Shown one piece after another: positions 45,865-56,724 of a stretch of 60,351 nucleotides of DNA. Source of the stretch: a virus. Lineage: Duplodnaviria; Caudoviricetes. The notes under the pieces are model-generated. The model was not told the DNA's origin. It worked only from the letters and a program-made list of their open reading frames with translations, and ran no database searches. The stretch covers positions 1-60,351 of IMG/VR virus record IMGVR_UViG_3300034121_000953. The stretch is one strand, 5' to 3'. The position numbers and the translations under genes were made by a program. The first letter of the stretch is position 1. Every line of letters starts with the position of its first letter.

Positions 45865-48687
45865 TTATTTTGATTTACCCCGACTTGGATCAATAACAAA
45901 TTGCATAAAAGGTGATCGACCCTCAACAGTAAAATTAGTTATCCTTTGAACAAGCTCAGGATTATTTTTCTGGAGTTCATCCCATTCAGCTTTCTTTGTT
46001 GCATAAGCAATATCTACAGGTAGTGTTTTATCTTCTCTTTTAATATTTTTAATAAAATCAGAAAACTTACCTATCTCTTCTCCTTTTAATACACCTGGTT
46101 TATTTGCACCTAGCAAAGTTCGTGTAGGAACAGCTGTAAAATATTTTGATGTATCAGAAGGGTGAGTTGCAACAATAGCGTTGCCAAGAAATATTTTGCG
46201 TCTACCGTCTGGATTAACTTTTATATCATCACCCATTTTTTCAATCATTGATTCCGTGTTTTGAACAGCCAACCCCATATCATATGGGTTATTAATTAAT
46301 CCTGGAATTTCGTAAATCAAAGGAATATAATGAGAAGCAATGTATTCTCTATCAATAGCTTTACCGTCTACTGTTTTAGATGAAACCATTTTAGTAATAG
46401 TATCAATTGCAGTATTAATTCGCTGACTGTGAACCTCGGTAGGTTCAAGGCGAGTAGCATCAATATCTTCTGATTTACCACCAGGTTTGAGAATTCGAAT
46501 TGTATTATTAGGAGAGAATTCGCCCATATACGTTTTACCAGTATTAGGATCTGTAAAAGATTTTTGAACACCCTTTTGGTCACCAAATTGTCCTAGTGGA
46601 AGGCTTAATTTTACCAGCGCAGGTTTACCGTCTTTATCCTTACCTACATCATTCCAATGAGCATTGCCTTGTGGATCAATGCCTGCAAGAATAGTCCGAG
46701 TACTGCCATCAGATTCTGTTACAGTAATTTCTTTTAATGTTCTTTTCTCTGCTGCTATTGTCGCTGCTCTAATTGTTGCCCCTGCAGCCCGTCTACCTGC
46801 ATCAGAAGGATCTAACGCGTACATATTACCTAGCAACTGAGCTTGCTTGTAATTGTTTCTCATTTCTAAACGTTGTTCGTCTGGTGTTTTACCCACAAGA
46901 GGTTTAGTAATAAGTTTATATATTTCTGGTCGATACCTAGGTTCCATGTTTTTCAAGGTAGCTTGAGCTGCGTCATGATCTTTTTCAAGTTGAGCTTGAT
47001 CTTCTCTGGTTAAAGCTCTAGATGCCTTTAGATCATCTATTTTTTCTTTAAACCTTTGAGCATCCAACGTTTGCTGATGCCTAAAATCAAGGTTAGCTTC
47101 TTGTGAACTAAGTCTACGATCAAGTGCAGCTTCTTGCGCGGCAATTGTTTTGTCTTGCCTTTCATTTTGAGCATCAATTATTTTGTCTTGCCGTTTATCC
47201 AAGGCTGCTTGAGCATTACGACGATCTGCATTAGCAATAACATCTTTAGCTGCATATTTTAAAGACCCCCCAACTGTAGAACCAGTAAGCATCCCCCCTG
47301 CTGCAAGAACAGCAAATCGCGTTAAATCTTGTTGAGAAAATAAACCTGTTTCTCCAAACAAAGAAGCTAATGATTTTTCAAGAAAGTTTTTAGGTTCTTT
47401 TTGAACAGATGCTTCTTTAATTAAACCATTAATACGATCTTGATTTGTCTGGGAAAATGAAGATACTGCTTTTTCTAAAGCGGCACCAGACAAACCACTT
47501 GCCCCCGAACCAATACGTAGATCAGAAGAATTAGCAGGAATTAATTCGTATTTATTAGGTACAGCAGGGGTATCAACTACCGGTACAGAAGGAACTGGAA
47601 CAGAAGCTGCTACCGGAGCTGGGGCGGGAACAGCTACCGGTACAGAAGGAACAGGAGCCGCTACAGGGGTAGGAAGAACTGGAGCAGTATTATCATTACC
47701 AGCTACTATGGGGGGAGGAGCTATCTCATTACTAATATTAAATACTGGTAAACTTTTAAGATCCGCAGCAGGAGGCACTTCTGTAGCAGGCACTACTGCT
47801 GACACCGCTTCATCAGGCACCGCTGCTGGTACTACTGCTGACACCTCTTTAGCAGGCACCGCTGCTGGTACATTTGCAACTGTAGAAACGGGCGGTGCAT
47901 TTACAGCATTAATAAGTGAATTAAGATATTCCTCATTATTTTCACCCTGTAAAATTCCAGCATTCCAAGCATTTCTGCCTTCTGCAGTACCCATTTTTAA
48001 TTTTTGAGTAGGAGCATCACTCGGATGCCATTGGCTTAATACTTGATTAACCTTAACTTGTTGAGCAGGAGTCAATGCTTCATACCTAAGATCCGATTCT
48101 ACATTTAACGGGGTAAATACAGATGCTCTTCTGCCTTCTGAGCTTAACATGTCTGAAGGTTCAACTGCTAGCTGGTTAGCAGAAAGAGGAACCGTGTCTA
48201 TTCCATCTGCATACCCCGGAATATCACTTCTGCCACGATTAAAATCAGGCATACCCTTAGCACCTTGCTCATAGCTTATTGCAGGTACATCAACTGTCCC
48301 ATGTGAGTACCCTCTTCCTTCAGCCACCATCCTCCTGATAGCTTCTTTATTCTTTGGATCTTGTGCAGCTGACTGAGGAATCACTGCTTCACCGGGGGTC
48401 AACATAGCAGGTACTGTATCTGTTGGGCTGGGTTGAGGAATAGCTTGCTGTTTAGGCTGCTGAGTACGGCTGGCTAATGGTGACTTCAAATCTTGGAGTT
48501 TAGCTTGGTGTAGCTGTTCTTTGTGACCCAGCTTTTGATTGGCACCACCAGCTGCTTCTTGAAGTTTGATCTCATGTAGCTCTTGTTTGCGAGATTCTTC
48601 TCTCTCCATCTTAGCACTCTCGCGAGCTTCCTGAGCTTGTAGCTTCAAAAATTCGCGATGTTGTTTTCCACTGAGTGGTGCATTCAT
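45865..48687 (-). CDS. Internal virion/ejection protein (940 aa)
   Basis: TDTVPAMLTPGEAVIP motif, Pro/Ala/Val linker, coiled coil; no Cys seen. Confidence 0.65.
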   Translation of the reverse strand: MNAPLSGKQHREFLKLQAQEARESAKMEREESRKQELHEIKLQEAAGGANQKLGHKEQLHQAKLQDLKSPLASRTQQPKQQAIPQPSPTDTVPAMLTPGEAVIPQSAAQDPKNKEAIRRMVAEGRGYSHGTVDVPAISYEQGAKGMPDFNRGRSDIPGYADGIDTVPLSANQLAVEPSDMLSSEGRRASVFTPLNVESDLRYEALTPAQQVKVNQVLSQWHPSDAPTQKLKMGTAEGRNAWNAGILQGENNEEYLNSLINAVNAPPVSTVANVPAAVPAKEVSAVVPAAVPDEAVSAVVPATEVPPAADLKSLPVFNISNEIAPPPIVAGNDNTAPVLPTPVAAPVPSVPVAVPAPAPVAASVPVPSVPVVDTPAVPNKYELIPANSSDLRIGSGASGLSGAALEKAVSSFSQTNQDRINGLIKEASVQKEPKNFLEKSLASLFGETGLFSQQDLTRFAVLAAGGMLTGSTVGGSLKYAAKDVIANADRRNAQAALDKRQDKIIDAQNERQDKTIAAQEAALDRRLSSQEANLDFRHQQTLDAQRFKEKIDDLKASRALTREDQAQLEKDHDAAQATLKNMEPRYRPEIYKLITKPLVGKTPDEQRLEMRNNYKQAQLLGNMYALDPSDAGRRAAGATIRAATIAAEKRTLKEITVTESDGSTRTILAGIDPQGNAHWNDVGKDKDGKPALVKLSLPLGQFGDQKGVQKSFTDPNTGKTYMGEFSPNNTIRILKPGGKSEDIDATRLEPTEVHSQRINTAIDTITKMVSSKTVDGKAIDREYIASHYIPLIYEIPGLINNPYDMGLAVQNTESMIEKMGDDIKVNPDGRRKIFLGNAIVATHPSDTSKYFTAVPTRTLLGANKPGVLKGEEIGKFSDFIKNIKREDKTLPVDIAYATKKAEWDELQKNNPELVQRITNFTVEGRSPFMQFVIDPSRGKSK

Positions 48688-48688
48688 C

Positions 48689-49186
48689 TTATTTTCCTTT
48701 CACAATTTTACTTGCTGCAAACAATCCAAGAGGGATTAATGCGGCTGGCCCAAGTGCTGCCATAGCTGCAGGGGCTGCGGCACTCATACCTGCTCCCATG
48801 CCACCTGCTACTGCTGGCGCTGCTGCCATCATGCCGCCTGTCACAGCCGCTTCTGTACCGGCAATAGCGGCTCCTGTTGCAGCTGCTGGTGCGACTGCAA
48901 GAGGTGGTGCTGCTAATGCTGCCATAGTAGTTGTTGCCCCTTCCATAGGAATAGCACTGGCAGCAAGAGGTGCAGAGGGTGTTACTGCGTTAATATACGC
49001 AGCCTTACCTGCATCCCACATAGCAGGAGCTTTATTTATTACTGCACTCTGAGCCATGCCCAACATAGGATCTGGAACACTACGGGCTGGAGGTGGAGCT
49101 TGCTCTTGTGAAGGTTGAATACTTGCTGCTAATGGTGCGGTAGGGGTAGGGTTAGTCCATGCCCACGGATCGTCTTGTTGTGCCAT
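48689..49186 (-). CDS. Ala/Gly-rich virion protein
   Basis: 165 aa with a hydrophobic C-terminus; AAGGA RBS. Confidence 0.6.
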   Translation of the reverse strand: MAQQDDPWAWTNPTPTAPLAASIQPSQEQAPPPARSVPDPMLGMAQSAVINKAPAMWDAGKAAYINAVTPSAPLAASAIPMEGATTTMAALAAPPLAVAPAAATGAAIAGTEAAVTGGMMAAAPAVAGGMGAGMSAAAPAAMAALGPAALIPLGLFAASKIVKGK

Positions 49187-49209
49187 ATATTTCCTTATTG
49201 TTGCTTATG

Positions 49210-49587
49210 TTATTGGTATCCACTACCACTACCAATATTACCACTACTTTCACTACCCATACTCTCTACGCCTTCGCCCCCATAACCTCCTCCAGCTTCA
49301 TATGAAACATTAGCTAAAGGTGATACTATTGGTGTAGCAATTGCAGGCTTTATAGGAATGTTAGGAGGAACAAATGAAGTCATAGGAGATGCCATGTCAG
49401 AACCTCCTTTACCACCAACAGCAGGAGTTGCCGATGTGTCTTTACCAGCAAACATATTTGAGTAGGTATTTGATCCGGTACTTTCAGGAGCGCTACTCAA
49501 TGGGCTGGTGCTGGCTGTTCCTTTACTGCCTCCAGAAGTATCTCCGGGCATTGCAGAAATAGCACTTGTTGCTTGTTGTCCTGCCAT
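49210..49587 (-). CDS. Ser/Gly-rich low-complexity virion protein
   Basis: 125-aa ORF in the block. Confidence 0.55.
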   Translation of the reverse strand: MAGQQATSAISAMPGDTSGGSKGTASTSPLSSAPESTGSNTYSNMFAGKDTSATPAVGGKGGSDMASPMTSFVPPNIPIKPAIATPIVSPLANVSYEAGGGYGGEGVESMGSESSGNIGSGSGYQ

Positions 49588-49589
49588 AA

Positions 49590-50282
49590 TTACTTACCAC
49601 CCGATGTTTGCTGCTGTCGTGCGGGATTACCATAGATAGTAGACGCATAACGTTGCAATGCCTGCCAAGGAGCATCAGCCTGTTGTTGATTAATAGTACG
49701 CTCCTCAGAGCCAAGTTTAGCCAAAGAACTGGCAGCATTAGTTGCAAGGCTCGCACCGGCACCTACGCTGGAGCCAAGACCAGACTCTGCAGTCATTCTA
49801 TTAGTAAATCCTTGTTGAGCTGCATCACGATCAAGTGTGGCAAACTGTGCTGAGGTAGCTGCGTTTTGAGCGCCTTGAGCTACAGCCTGACGAGCAGAGC
49901 CAAGGGTACCTCCAGCACCGTATTGGGTGCCAAGAACAGAAGTCTTCCCTTCAGCTTCAAGGATAGCTTTATCTTTGAGAGCAGTAGTGTCATACCCGCC
50001 TGATGTAGCTGCAGCAGTTAGTCTCTTCTGTTGATCAGCTAAGGTATCCATACCTGCACCAGTGCTTGTGGCAATAGCGTTAGCGCCAGCACCAAAAGCT
50101 TTATTCTGGTTGGCAGTTGCACCAGCTACTTTGCTGAGTTGACCGCTGCCATATAAAGCTTGAGCTTGATCCCCAACATTTTCCAGGTAGGGTCTGGCCC
50201 ACTCAGGAATAGTAGGGGTTGCTGTTTGTTGCCCTCCGCCACCGCCGTAATGCTTGGTGACCTTTAGTTTTTTAATTCTCAT
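49590..50282 (-). CDS. DNA ejection/pilot protein
   Basis: GGGGGQQT.TPTIPEWARPYL, GGTLGSARQAVAQG, PWQALQRYAS...GGK; typical of podovirus ejection proteins. Confidence 0.65.
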   Translation of the reverse strand: MRIKKLKVTKHYGGGGGQQTATPTIPEWARPYLENVGDQAQALYGSGQLSKVAGATANQNKAFGAGANAIATSTGAGMDTLADQQKRLTAAATSGGYDTTALKDKAILEAEGKTSVLGTQYGAGGTLGSARQAVAQGAQNAATSAQFATLDRDAAQQGFTNRMTAESGLGSSVGAGASLATNAASSLAKLGSEERTINQQQADAPWQALQRYASTIYGNPARQQQTSGGK

Positions 50283-50292
50283 ATATTTCTTT

Positions 50293-50706
50293 CTATAGAT
50301 CCTTACGCATTACTACATAAGCTTGTTTAAATCCGGGTACATATTTAGGAAGTACCTTTGCCCATCCCTCGCGGCCCCATTGCTCGATGCTGATACATCC
50401 CTGTTGTTTGGCAAATTCTTCTACCACAGGAAACATCTTAGATTGTTCTTCAAAGTTACTACCTGCAAACAGAATAATATGGAGGGTTTTATGTTGGAGA
50501 TAGTTGAGTATCTCGGTTAATCCTGCACCAGTAATTTTATCATCCTCAATAATAACCCAACACTGAGCAACCCGTGTAAGGATCTTAGTCATGTAGTCTG
50601 TCATTGAAGACTCGCCTTGACCTGTCTCTCTTGCTTTTGAAAACAATGGGGCAAGAATAGGCCAGTGTTGAAGAGCCTCTTCAGGGGTTGCTAAGTGCAT
50701 TTTCAT
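50293..50706 (-). CDS. Virion assembly protein (GNAT-like)
   Basis: LHIILFAG...VEEFAKQQGC..IEQWGREGWAKVL. Confidence 0.6.
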   Translation of the reverse strand: MKMHLATPEEALQHWPILAPLFSKARETGQGESSMTDYMTKILTRVAQCWVIIEDDKITGAGLTEILNYLQHKTLHIILFAGSNFEEQSKMFPVVEEFAKQQGCISIEQWGREGWAKVLPKYVPGFKQAYVVMRKDL

Positions 50707-51152
50707 GGGGATGTGGGCCAGATTATGTTGAAGGGATCAGGTTGAATTGGTATGTCTCTGAGTTGTTGACGGTAGTCAGCCCATGCTGCTTTAGTTGTAA
50801 TAGATACGTCTGGCATTTGAGTCCAATCTGAATCAGCAAGGAGTCGATTACGTTTTAACTTTACAATAATCCATTGTTCAACATTTTTAGTTTCATTGCT
50901 ACGTTGATCAACCCAAGAAAAAGATTCATTGCTCCACTGCATGTAGTTAGGTTGCCTTGTTGATTTAAGCAATGATTGTTCTTCTGTATAATAAACAATT
51001 TTATTATTTTTTATAAAACAAGTTAAAGATGTACCAATACCTTCAATAAGGTTATCGCTGTTTGTTTGTTGAAGAGCAAGATCTTCGTCCTTGCAACATC
51101 CATAGCGCGTAACTTCGCCAGTCAATTCATTATAAATTAAATAATTTTTCAT
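50703..51152 (-). CDS. Tail fibre assembly chaperone
   Basis: RNRLLADSDWTQMPD...WADYRQQLRDIPIQPDPFNIIWP. Confidence 0.8.
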   Translation of the reverse strand: MKNYLIYNELTGEVTRYGCCKDEDLALQQTNSDNLIEGIGTSLTCFIKNNKIVYYTEEQSLLKSTRQPNYMQWSNESFSWVDQRSNETKNVEQWIIVKLKRNRLLADSDWTQMPDVSITTKAAWADYRQQLRDIPIQPDPFNIIWPTSP

Positions 51153-54100
51153 ATGTTTGCTTGATATGTAGAGGTTGTGCCACTATACGCAGGTGAAAAT
51201 GCAGTATGGCTGCTGCCTGACGAGTTATAAACGTATGGCCCGGATGTAGCTGCTATTGAAATAGAATAGCTTCCAACAGGAAAATTTAATGGTACTGCAA
51301 AAGATAATGGAATTTCTGTGCCGGGGCGATCAGTTGCTCCAATAATTACCATTGGATTATATATCTCTATAGTTCTGCTAAAAAGTGTAGCTCCTGTTCC
51401 AGAATTTTTTACATAAAAAGTAAGTTGAACAAGATAAGAAGCTGACCCGTAAGCTGAACCATTATTATAAAAAAATCCAGAAGACATTGCAATTATTCTG
51501 CTGGCTTTTGATACAGAAAAAGTTAATAATGTTGTTTCAGATGAGATATCTGATTGATTTGAAGAAGACAAACTGGAGTTAGCAAAACCGTTTAAGGAAA
51601 CATTAGTTCCATCAAATACCATATTTGTAGTTGAATTACCAAAAGCAAAATTACCGGAGCTATATAAGTGACTACCTGTTCCAGTCATAGTAGTTCCACT
51701 TAAAGCAGGGGAAGAACCAACACTCAAATCACCGGATGTAATTGTACCTAAATTAGCACTAATTGCAGATAAATTAACTGCATTAATCTTATCAGCATTA
51801 ACATATTTTATATATGCGTTATCTATATACACGCCGGGAGGTACTGTTACATTACCAATTGTTTCAGTAGTTGTGTTAACAATAAATGGAATTACCGGAG
51901 TAATCCCCGGCCCACTTGGGCTGGCAATAGAAAATTGATCTGCTCTGACAATAAACGAACTAAACGGAGTTGCATTATTAGCTGTAGAAGCCAGACCAAA
52001 TCCTGATACGTATCCGTTAGTATCAATCTTAACTGAATATTTAGAAAATAAATTACCTGTTTCAGTTGCTCGGGTTGAAGCTTCGGTAGCTATAGCTGTA
52101 GTATTAGTTCCTACTGTGCTGGACAGAGTGGTAACGGTAGAGCTAATTGCAGAGTCATTTGTTGCTCTGGTAGTAGCTTCAGAAACAATAGCTGCTGTAT
52201 TAGCTGCGATACGACTGTCATCAGTAGCTACCCAAGCAGTGCCTGAGTAGCGGTATGCTTTGTTGTTATCATCAGTATCAAACCACAAGTCACCTGTAAG
52301 CATGCCCGTATTTGGTTCTGTTGTTTGGCTATAATTTTTATTTTTACCTGCAACAGTAGACGTCAGGGCACTTACAGTAGAGCTTATTGCTGTATCGGCT
52401 GAAGAACGAGTAGTAGCCTCCGAAGTAACTAACGCTCTAACAGCAGTATCATTAGTATTTATTGTGGATGTAAGGGTAGTAACTGTGTTACTCAAAGCAG
52501 TATCTGCATTAGCTCTTGTGGTGGCTTCAGTTGTAATTAAAGCTTGTACAGAGGTGTCATTACTTGTTACTGTTGAAGTAAGCGCAGAAATAGAACTTGC
52601 TAATGCAGTATCTGCTGTACCTCTTGTTGTTGCTTCATTAACTATTAACCCACGCACGGTTGTATCATTTGAGTTAACAGTTGATGTTAACGCAGTAACC
52701 GTGTTACTTATAGCAGTATCAGCCGTAGAACGAGTAGTGGCTTCCGTTGAAATTAAAGAATTTACAGCAGTGTCATTGTTAGTTACTGTTGAAGTAAGTG
52801 TAGCAATAGAGGTACTCAACGCAGTATCTGCAGTGGCCCTTGTAGTAGCTTCTGAGGTAACAGCAGCTGCAGCGTTAGTTCTGTCTGTGTTAACTGTAGA
52901 AGTTAATGCTGTAACAGAAGTGCTCAGGGCAGTATCTGCAGTGGCCCTTGTAGTAGCTTCGGCAACAATTGCTGCATTAGTATTGGTAAGATTAGTATTT
53001 ACCGTTGATTGCAAGGTAGTAACTGTAGTGCTTATAGCAGTATCAGCATTAGCTCTTGTAGTGGCCTCAGAAGAAATAGCCGCAGAGTTAGTTGCAAAAT
53101 TGCTGTTAAGCGTAGTTATTTGGCTTGCAATAGCAGCGTCTTCGCTGACTCTGGCAGATGTTTCAGTTGTGATAGCTGCTGCATTAGTTGCAATACGTGT
53201 GTCGTCTGTTGCAACCCAAGCTGAACCTGAATATCGGTATGCCTTGTTATTGTCATCTGTGTCAAACCACAAGTCACCTGTAACTAAATCTGCTGAAGGA
53301 GCACTAGTCTGACTATAACTTTTATTTTTAGCATTTGCAATAGCAGCTACAGTTGTAATATTATTAGCATTAGCAGTATCAGCTGTAGCTCTGGTTGATG
53401 CCTCGCTTGATATAGCAGCAGTAAGTGTACTGTTGTTAGTAGATACTGTTGATGCTAAAGTCGTTCTGGAGGTAACCTCTGCAGCTAATCCACCTTCTGT
53501 AGTTGTTACACGAGTATCAAGGCTTGTAATTTGAGCAGCTTGAGCAGCTACTGCTTCACCAAGAGAAGCGTAATCACCAATCTTTTGCCAGTAAGTTGTA
53601 TTAGTTGGTAAATTACCTGTTGTTGTAGACAATGCTCTGTACAAACCACCACTATATTTTACAATAGCGCTGGCAGCATACGTTGTTGCATTGTTGTAAT
53701 CAGGTGTACCCGACAATGTTGCAACATCTGCTTGTATAGTTGAAATTTGAGCATCAATAGTAGCTACATTAGCAAGCCTTGCATTAGTTTCAGTAAGAAT
53801 ATCTGTTTGGCGAGTATTTGCTTCAGCAGCAACTGCAGCGGCTCTGGCTGCAGCTTCTTGTGCAACCTTATAAGAAACACTTCCTACTACCGCACCATCC
53901 GCATCAATCAAATTAATTCTTGTACCTAAATCTGCATACAATTGAGACTGAGTAATAGAACCTGTCAAGGCAGCAAGCATAGCTGCTACTCCTGTAACAG
54001 CAGAGTCACCATTATTAATAACACTAATAGGTACAATCAAAACATCTAAATCAATTGCTGTACCCGGATCTATAGCCCAAGTACCTCCTGCTGGTTTTAC

Positions 54101-54475
54101 TTCTCCTGTGTAAAATTTAATTAATCTGCCGCCAAGGTTTGAATAAAACAAAAACTTAGTAGTAGAAAATCCAGTTGTAGCATACCAAGTATAATCAGCG
54201 GGATTTACACTTTCAGTAGTTGAAGCTGAATTGTATATTCCCCAGTAAATTTTATTAGTTGGTACATTTGATAACCCAGTTCCAACGTTATCTGTTGCAT
54301 ACTTAATGTGTATATACCTGTTAACGTATGGTATACCTACTATTGGGTCAGTAGATACATTAGTTGAACTTGTAGAGGTAGCTGTTGATGACGAAGTTGC
54401 TTCTGCGTTGCCTAAATAAATTTGATAAAGAAAATAGTCTAACGCTTCATTACCCGTAATTGGTGGGTTAATCAT
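51149..54475 (-). CDS. Long tail fibre / host-recognition protein (1108 aa)
   Basis: 36-aa EATTRATADTAL repeats, two GDLWFDTDDNNKAYRYSG domains, YSVKIDTNGYVSGFGL...FIVRADQF (DUF1983-like), CBM-like YNNATTY...YWQKIG. Confidence 0.8.
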   Translation of the reverse strand: MINPPITGNEALDYFLYQIYLGNAEATSSSTATSTSSTNVSTDPIVGIPYVNRYIHIKYATDNVGTGLSNVPTNKIYWGIYNSASTTESVNPADYTWYATTGFSTTKFLFYSNLGGRLIKFYTGEVKPAGGTWAIDPGTAIDLDVLIVPISVINNGDSAVTGVAAMLAALTGSITQSQLYADLGTRINLIDADGAVVGSVSYKVAQEAAARAAAVAAEANTRQTDILTETNARLANVATIDAQISTIQADVATLSGTPDYNNATTYAASAIVKYSGGLYRALSTTTGNLPTNTTYWQKIGDYASLGEAVAAQAAQITSLDTRVTTTEGGLAAEVTSRTTLASTVSTNNSTLTAAISSEASTRATADTANANNITTVAAIANAKNKSYSQTSAPSADLVTGDLWFDTDDNNKAYRYSGSAWVATDDTRIATNAAAITTETSARVSEDAAIASQITTLNSNFATNSAAISSEATTRANADTAISTTVTTLQSTVNTNLTNTNAAIVAEATTRATADTALSTSVTALTSTVNTDRTNAAAAVTSEATTRATADTALSTSIATLTSTVTNNDTAVNSLISTEATTRSTADTAISNTVTALTSTVNSNDTTVRGLIVNEATTRGTADTALASSISALTSTVTSNDTSVQALITTEATTRANADTALSNTVTTLTSTINTNDTAVRALVTSEATTRSSADTAISSTVSALTSTVAGKNKNYSQTTEPNTGMLTGDLWFDTDDNNKAYRYSGTAWVATDDSRIAANTAAIVSEATTRATNDSAISSTVTTLSSTVGTNTTAIATEASTRATETGNLFSKYSVKIDTNGYVSGFGLASTANNATPFSSFIVRADQFSIASPSGPGITPVIPFIVNTTTETIGNVTVPPGVYIDNAYIKYVNADKINAVNLSAISANLGTITSGDLSVGSSPALSGTTMTGTGSHLYSSGNFAFGNSTTNMVFDGTNVSLNGFANSSLSSSNQSDISSETTLLTFSVSKASRIIAMSSGFFYNNGSAYGSASYLVQLTFYVKNSGTGATLFSRTIEIYNPMVIIGATDRPGTEIPLSFAVPLNFPVGSYSISIAATSGPYVYNSSGSSHTAFSPAYSGTTSTYQANI

Positions 54476-54476
54476 T

Positions 54477-56018
54477 TTACCTCCTGTCTGCTGGTCTGGC
54501 GTCTATTGCAAATGTTGCAAGTCTCCAATAATCAGTTGCTGTTATTCGGTAATTCATTACCCTACCATTAACTCGTGGATCTACTTTGTAGCCCTGTGAT
54601 TTTTGATTGTTAGGTAGAAATGTAAATGTGTCTTTAAGATCAGGATCATCAACTGATAAATCAACGTTATCAACATAATTATTTTGCCCGACTACCCTAA
54701 TAATTATATTAGAGTCCCCTGGTACTTGATCAAAGATAGGGTAAATTGCAGTAATAATTGAGCTGCCAGTAACGTCACCTGTATTCAATTTTTTCTTTTC
54801 AAGGTAGGAAGAATAGGCAGCAAGTGCAGTACCATTCCACATAAGATAATTACTATCTGTTACCAGCGTTTGCGTGGTAGTAGTTGTCATATACAAAACT
54901 TCTTTGGCATACTGAAACGTTGAACCAACATTTTTAGGGCCAAGGAAAGCGTAAGTATTGTTTACCAGTGATCGTTTAGACCATGTATTATTTTTGTATT
55001 GATAAATAAGTGCTTCAGTACATACTGTTGCGCTACCTTTAGGGTAGCAGATCCAAATTTCTTTGTTGTAAATATTCTTGACAACATACACCTTATCTAG
55101 ATAACTCTTATTAAGGTTATCAAAGAAATAACTTTTAATTCTAAACTCAGCAAGTGATTGAATACTGCCTGAACCATTATGGGCGTAGATGTCATTCTTA
55201 TCAACAACAAAATGGAACCCATCAAATTCACATACACAGTCTGTGTTTAAAATACCATAAGACTTGGAATAGTTTATTACCCGAGTAGCAACCCCAATAG
55301 ATAAAATACTGATACTGTCTGACGAATAAACAAACATGTTGCCTTTAAGATCCAGCATATCTAGAATAGGGCTTGTTGAGCTGATTTCAAATTCATCTGC
55401 TGTGTCGGTAGTTAATCCGGGAAGCCATACATTAGGAATAGCACCTGTCCCTGCCTGTACCGATATTCGGATAGTACCCGGAGCACTGGTTACGGTTGAC
55501 CCTTCTGTAATAGACAGATTAGCTGCTACCAATGAGTAATTAAGAGACTTAACAACTTTAGCAGTTACAGTCAGGCCTTCTGTATAGTTCCACCCGGGTA
55601 ATGGCTGGAAGGTTGTTCCTGCTACCGGATCACCATACAAACAATATAACGGTGTTGATTTACCATTATTAATGACAACGCTGTATCCGCCATTAAATAG
55701 TGTAGCCTGCCAATCACTGCTTGAGTACTGATCAGCTGCAGAGTTAAGCATAACAGATGAATTACCCGCTGCATCTACTCTGACTGCGTTACCATTTCGA
55801 ATAAAAATGTTATACCCTTGGTCAGGCCGCTTCCAATGAATACCAAAGTCAGGAGCTACTGTAACCGTACGGCCCAATGCTTCTCCTGTAATTGTTTCTG
55901 CTGCATTGTTATTGAACCGCACATTCAAGCAGTCGGTGAATGTGTTCATAGGGACTAACATAGCAGGGAGGTCTGTGTTCAAACCCCCTTGCCCTAAATC
56001 TTTTATTTGCTCTGCCAT
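54477..56018 (-). CDS. Tail nozzle / DNA stabilisation protein
   Basis: 513 aa, beta-rich; GGLNTDLP N-terminus, EIWICYP...ALIYQYKNNTWS. Confidence 0.65.
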   Translation of the reverse strand: MAEQIKDLGQGGLNTDLPAMLVPMNTFTDCLNVRFNNNAAETITGEALGRTVTVAPDFGIHWKRPDQGYNIFIRNGNAVRVDAAGNSSVMLNSAADQYSSSDWQATLFNGGYSVVINNGKSTPLYCLYGDPVAGTTFQPLPGWNYTEGLTVTAKVVKSLNYSLVAANLSITEGSTVTSAPGTIRISVQAGTGAIPNVWLPGLTTDTADEFEISSTSPILDMLDLKGNMFVYSSDSISILSIGVATRVINYSKSYGILNTDCVCEFDGFHFVVDKNDIYAHNGSGSIQSLAEFRIKSYFFDNLNKSYLDKVYVVKNIYNKEIWICYPKGSATVCTEALIYQYKNNTWSKRSLVNNTYAFLGPKNVGSTFQYAKEVLYMTTTTTQTLVTDSNYLMWNGTALAAYSSYLEKKKLNTGDVTGSSIITAIYPIFDQVPGDSNIIIRVVGQNNYVDNVDLSVDDPDLKDTFTFLPNNQKSQGYKVDPRVNGRVMNYRITATDYWRLATFAIDARPADRR

Positions 56019-56034
56019 GTTACTCCTTTAATAT

Positions 56035-56715
56035 TTAAATACCTTCCCTGTAGAACATCTTAACAAGATCACCACAGATGTCTGACCGGACAACATCATC
56101 CAGCCCAAATTCAACAACAGGGATATCAATGCTATTCCTGTTACACATTTCTACAAAGCGCATAATAGCGCTGCCACTACCAACGTCTGACTGGGAGGCA
56201 TCACCCGAAAGAACCATTTTACTATTTTCGCCCATGCGAGTTGTAATTGCTTTCAGTTCTTCCATTGTAAAGTTCTGTACTTCTTCTACCAGCACTAACG
56301 ATCGTTCAAATGATCTACCCCTGATAACTTCAAGGGGAACCATCTGAATAGCTTTCTTAGAAAACAAGTAGTCATACTTAGGTACCCCCAACTGTCTGTT
56401 CAGAACACTTGTCACGGGCATAAGCCAAGGTGCAAGCTTCTCTTCAACAGTACCGGGAAACATGCCCAATGAAGTACCAACACCTACATTAGCTCTGCTC
56501 AGGATAATGTAATCATATTTCCCTGACAAGAATAATTGCGCTACCTTTGAAGCACTGATAAACGTTTTACCAGTACCTGCAGGGCCAATAGCAATTGTAA
56601 TAGGGAATTTATGAATTGCATCAAGCAGTAATTGTTGTGTTTTGTTTTTTGGATTGATATGAAATGAACGGTCTTGAGAAATTCGTTCTTGTTGTTGTTT
56701 TTGATTTCTTTTCAA
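56035..56715 (-). CDS. phoH: PhoH-family protein
   Basis: GPAGTGKT, LGMFPGTVEEK, IRGRSF, EEVQN, TRMGENSK, GDASQSD, DVVRS. Confidence 0.92.
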   Translation of the reverse strand: MKRNQKQQQERISQDRSFHINPKNKTQQLLLDAIHKFPITIAIGPAGTGKTFISASKVAQLFLSGKYDYIILSRANVGVGTSLGMFPGTVEEKLAPWLMPVTSVLNRQLGVPKYDYLFSKKAIQMVPLEVIRGRSFERSLVLVEEVQNFTMEELKAITTRMGENSKMVLSGDASQSDVGSGSAIMRFVEMCNRNSIDIPVVEFGLDDVVRSDICGDLVKMFYREGI

Positions 56716-56724
56716 AATGATCCC

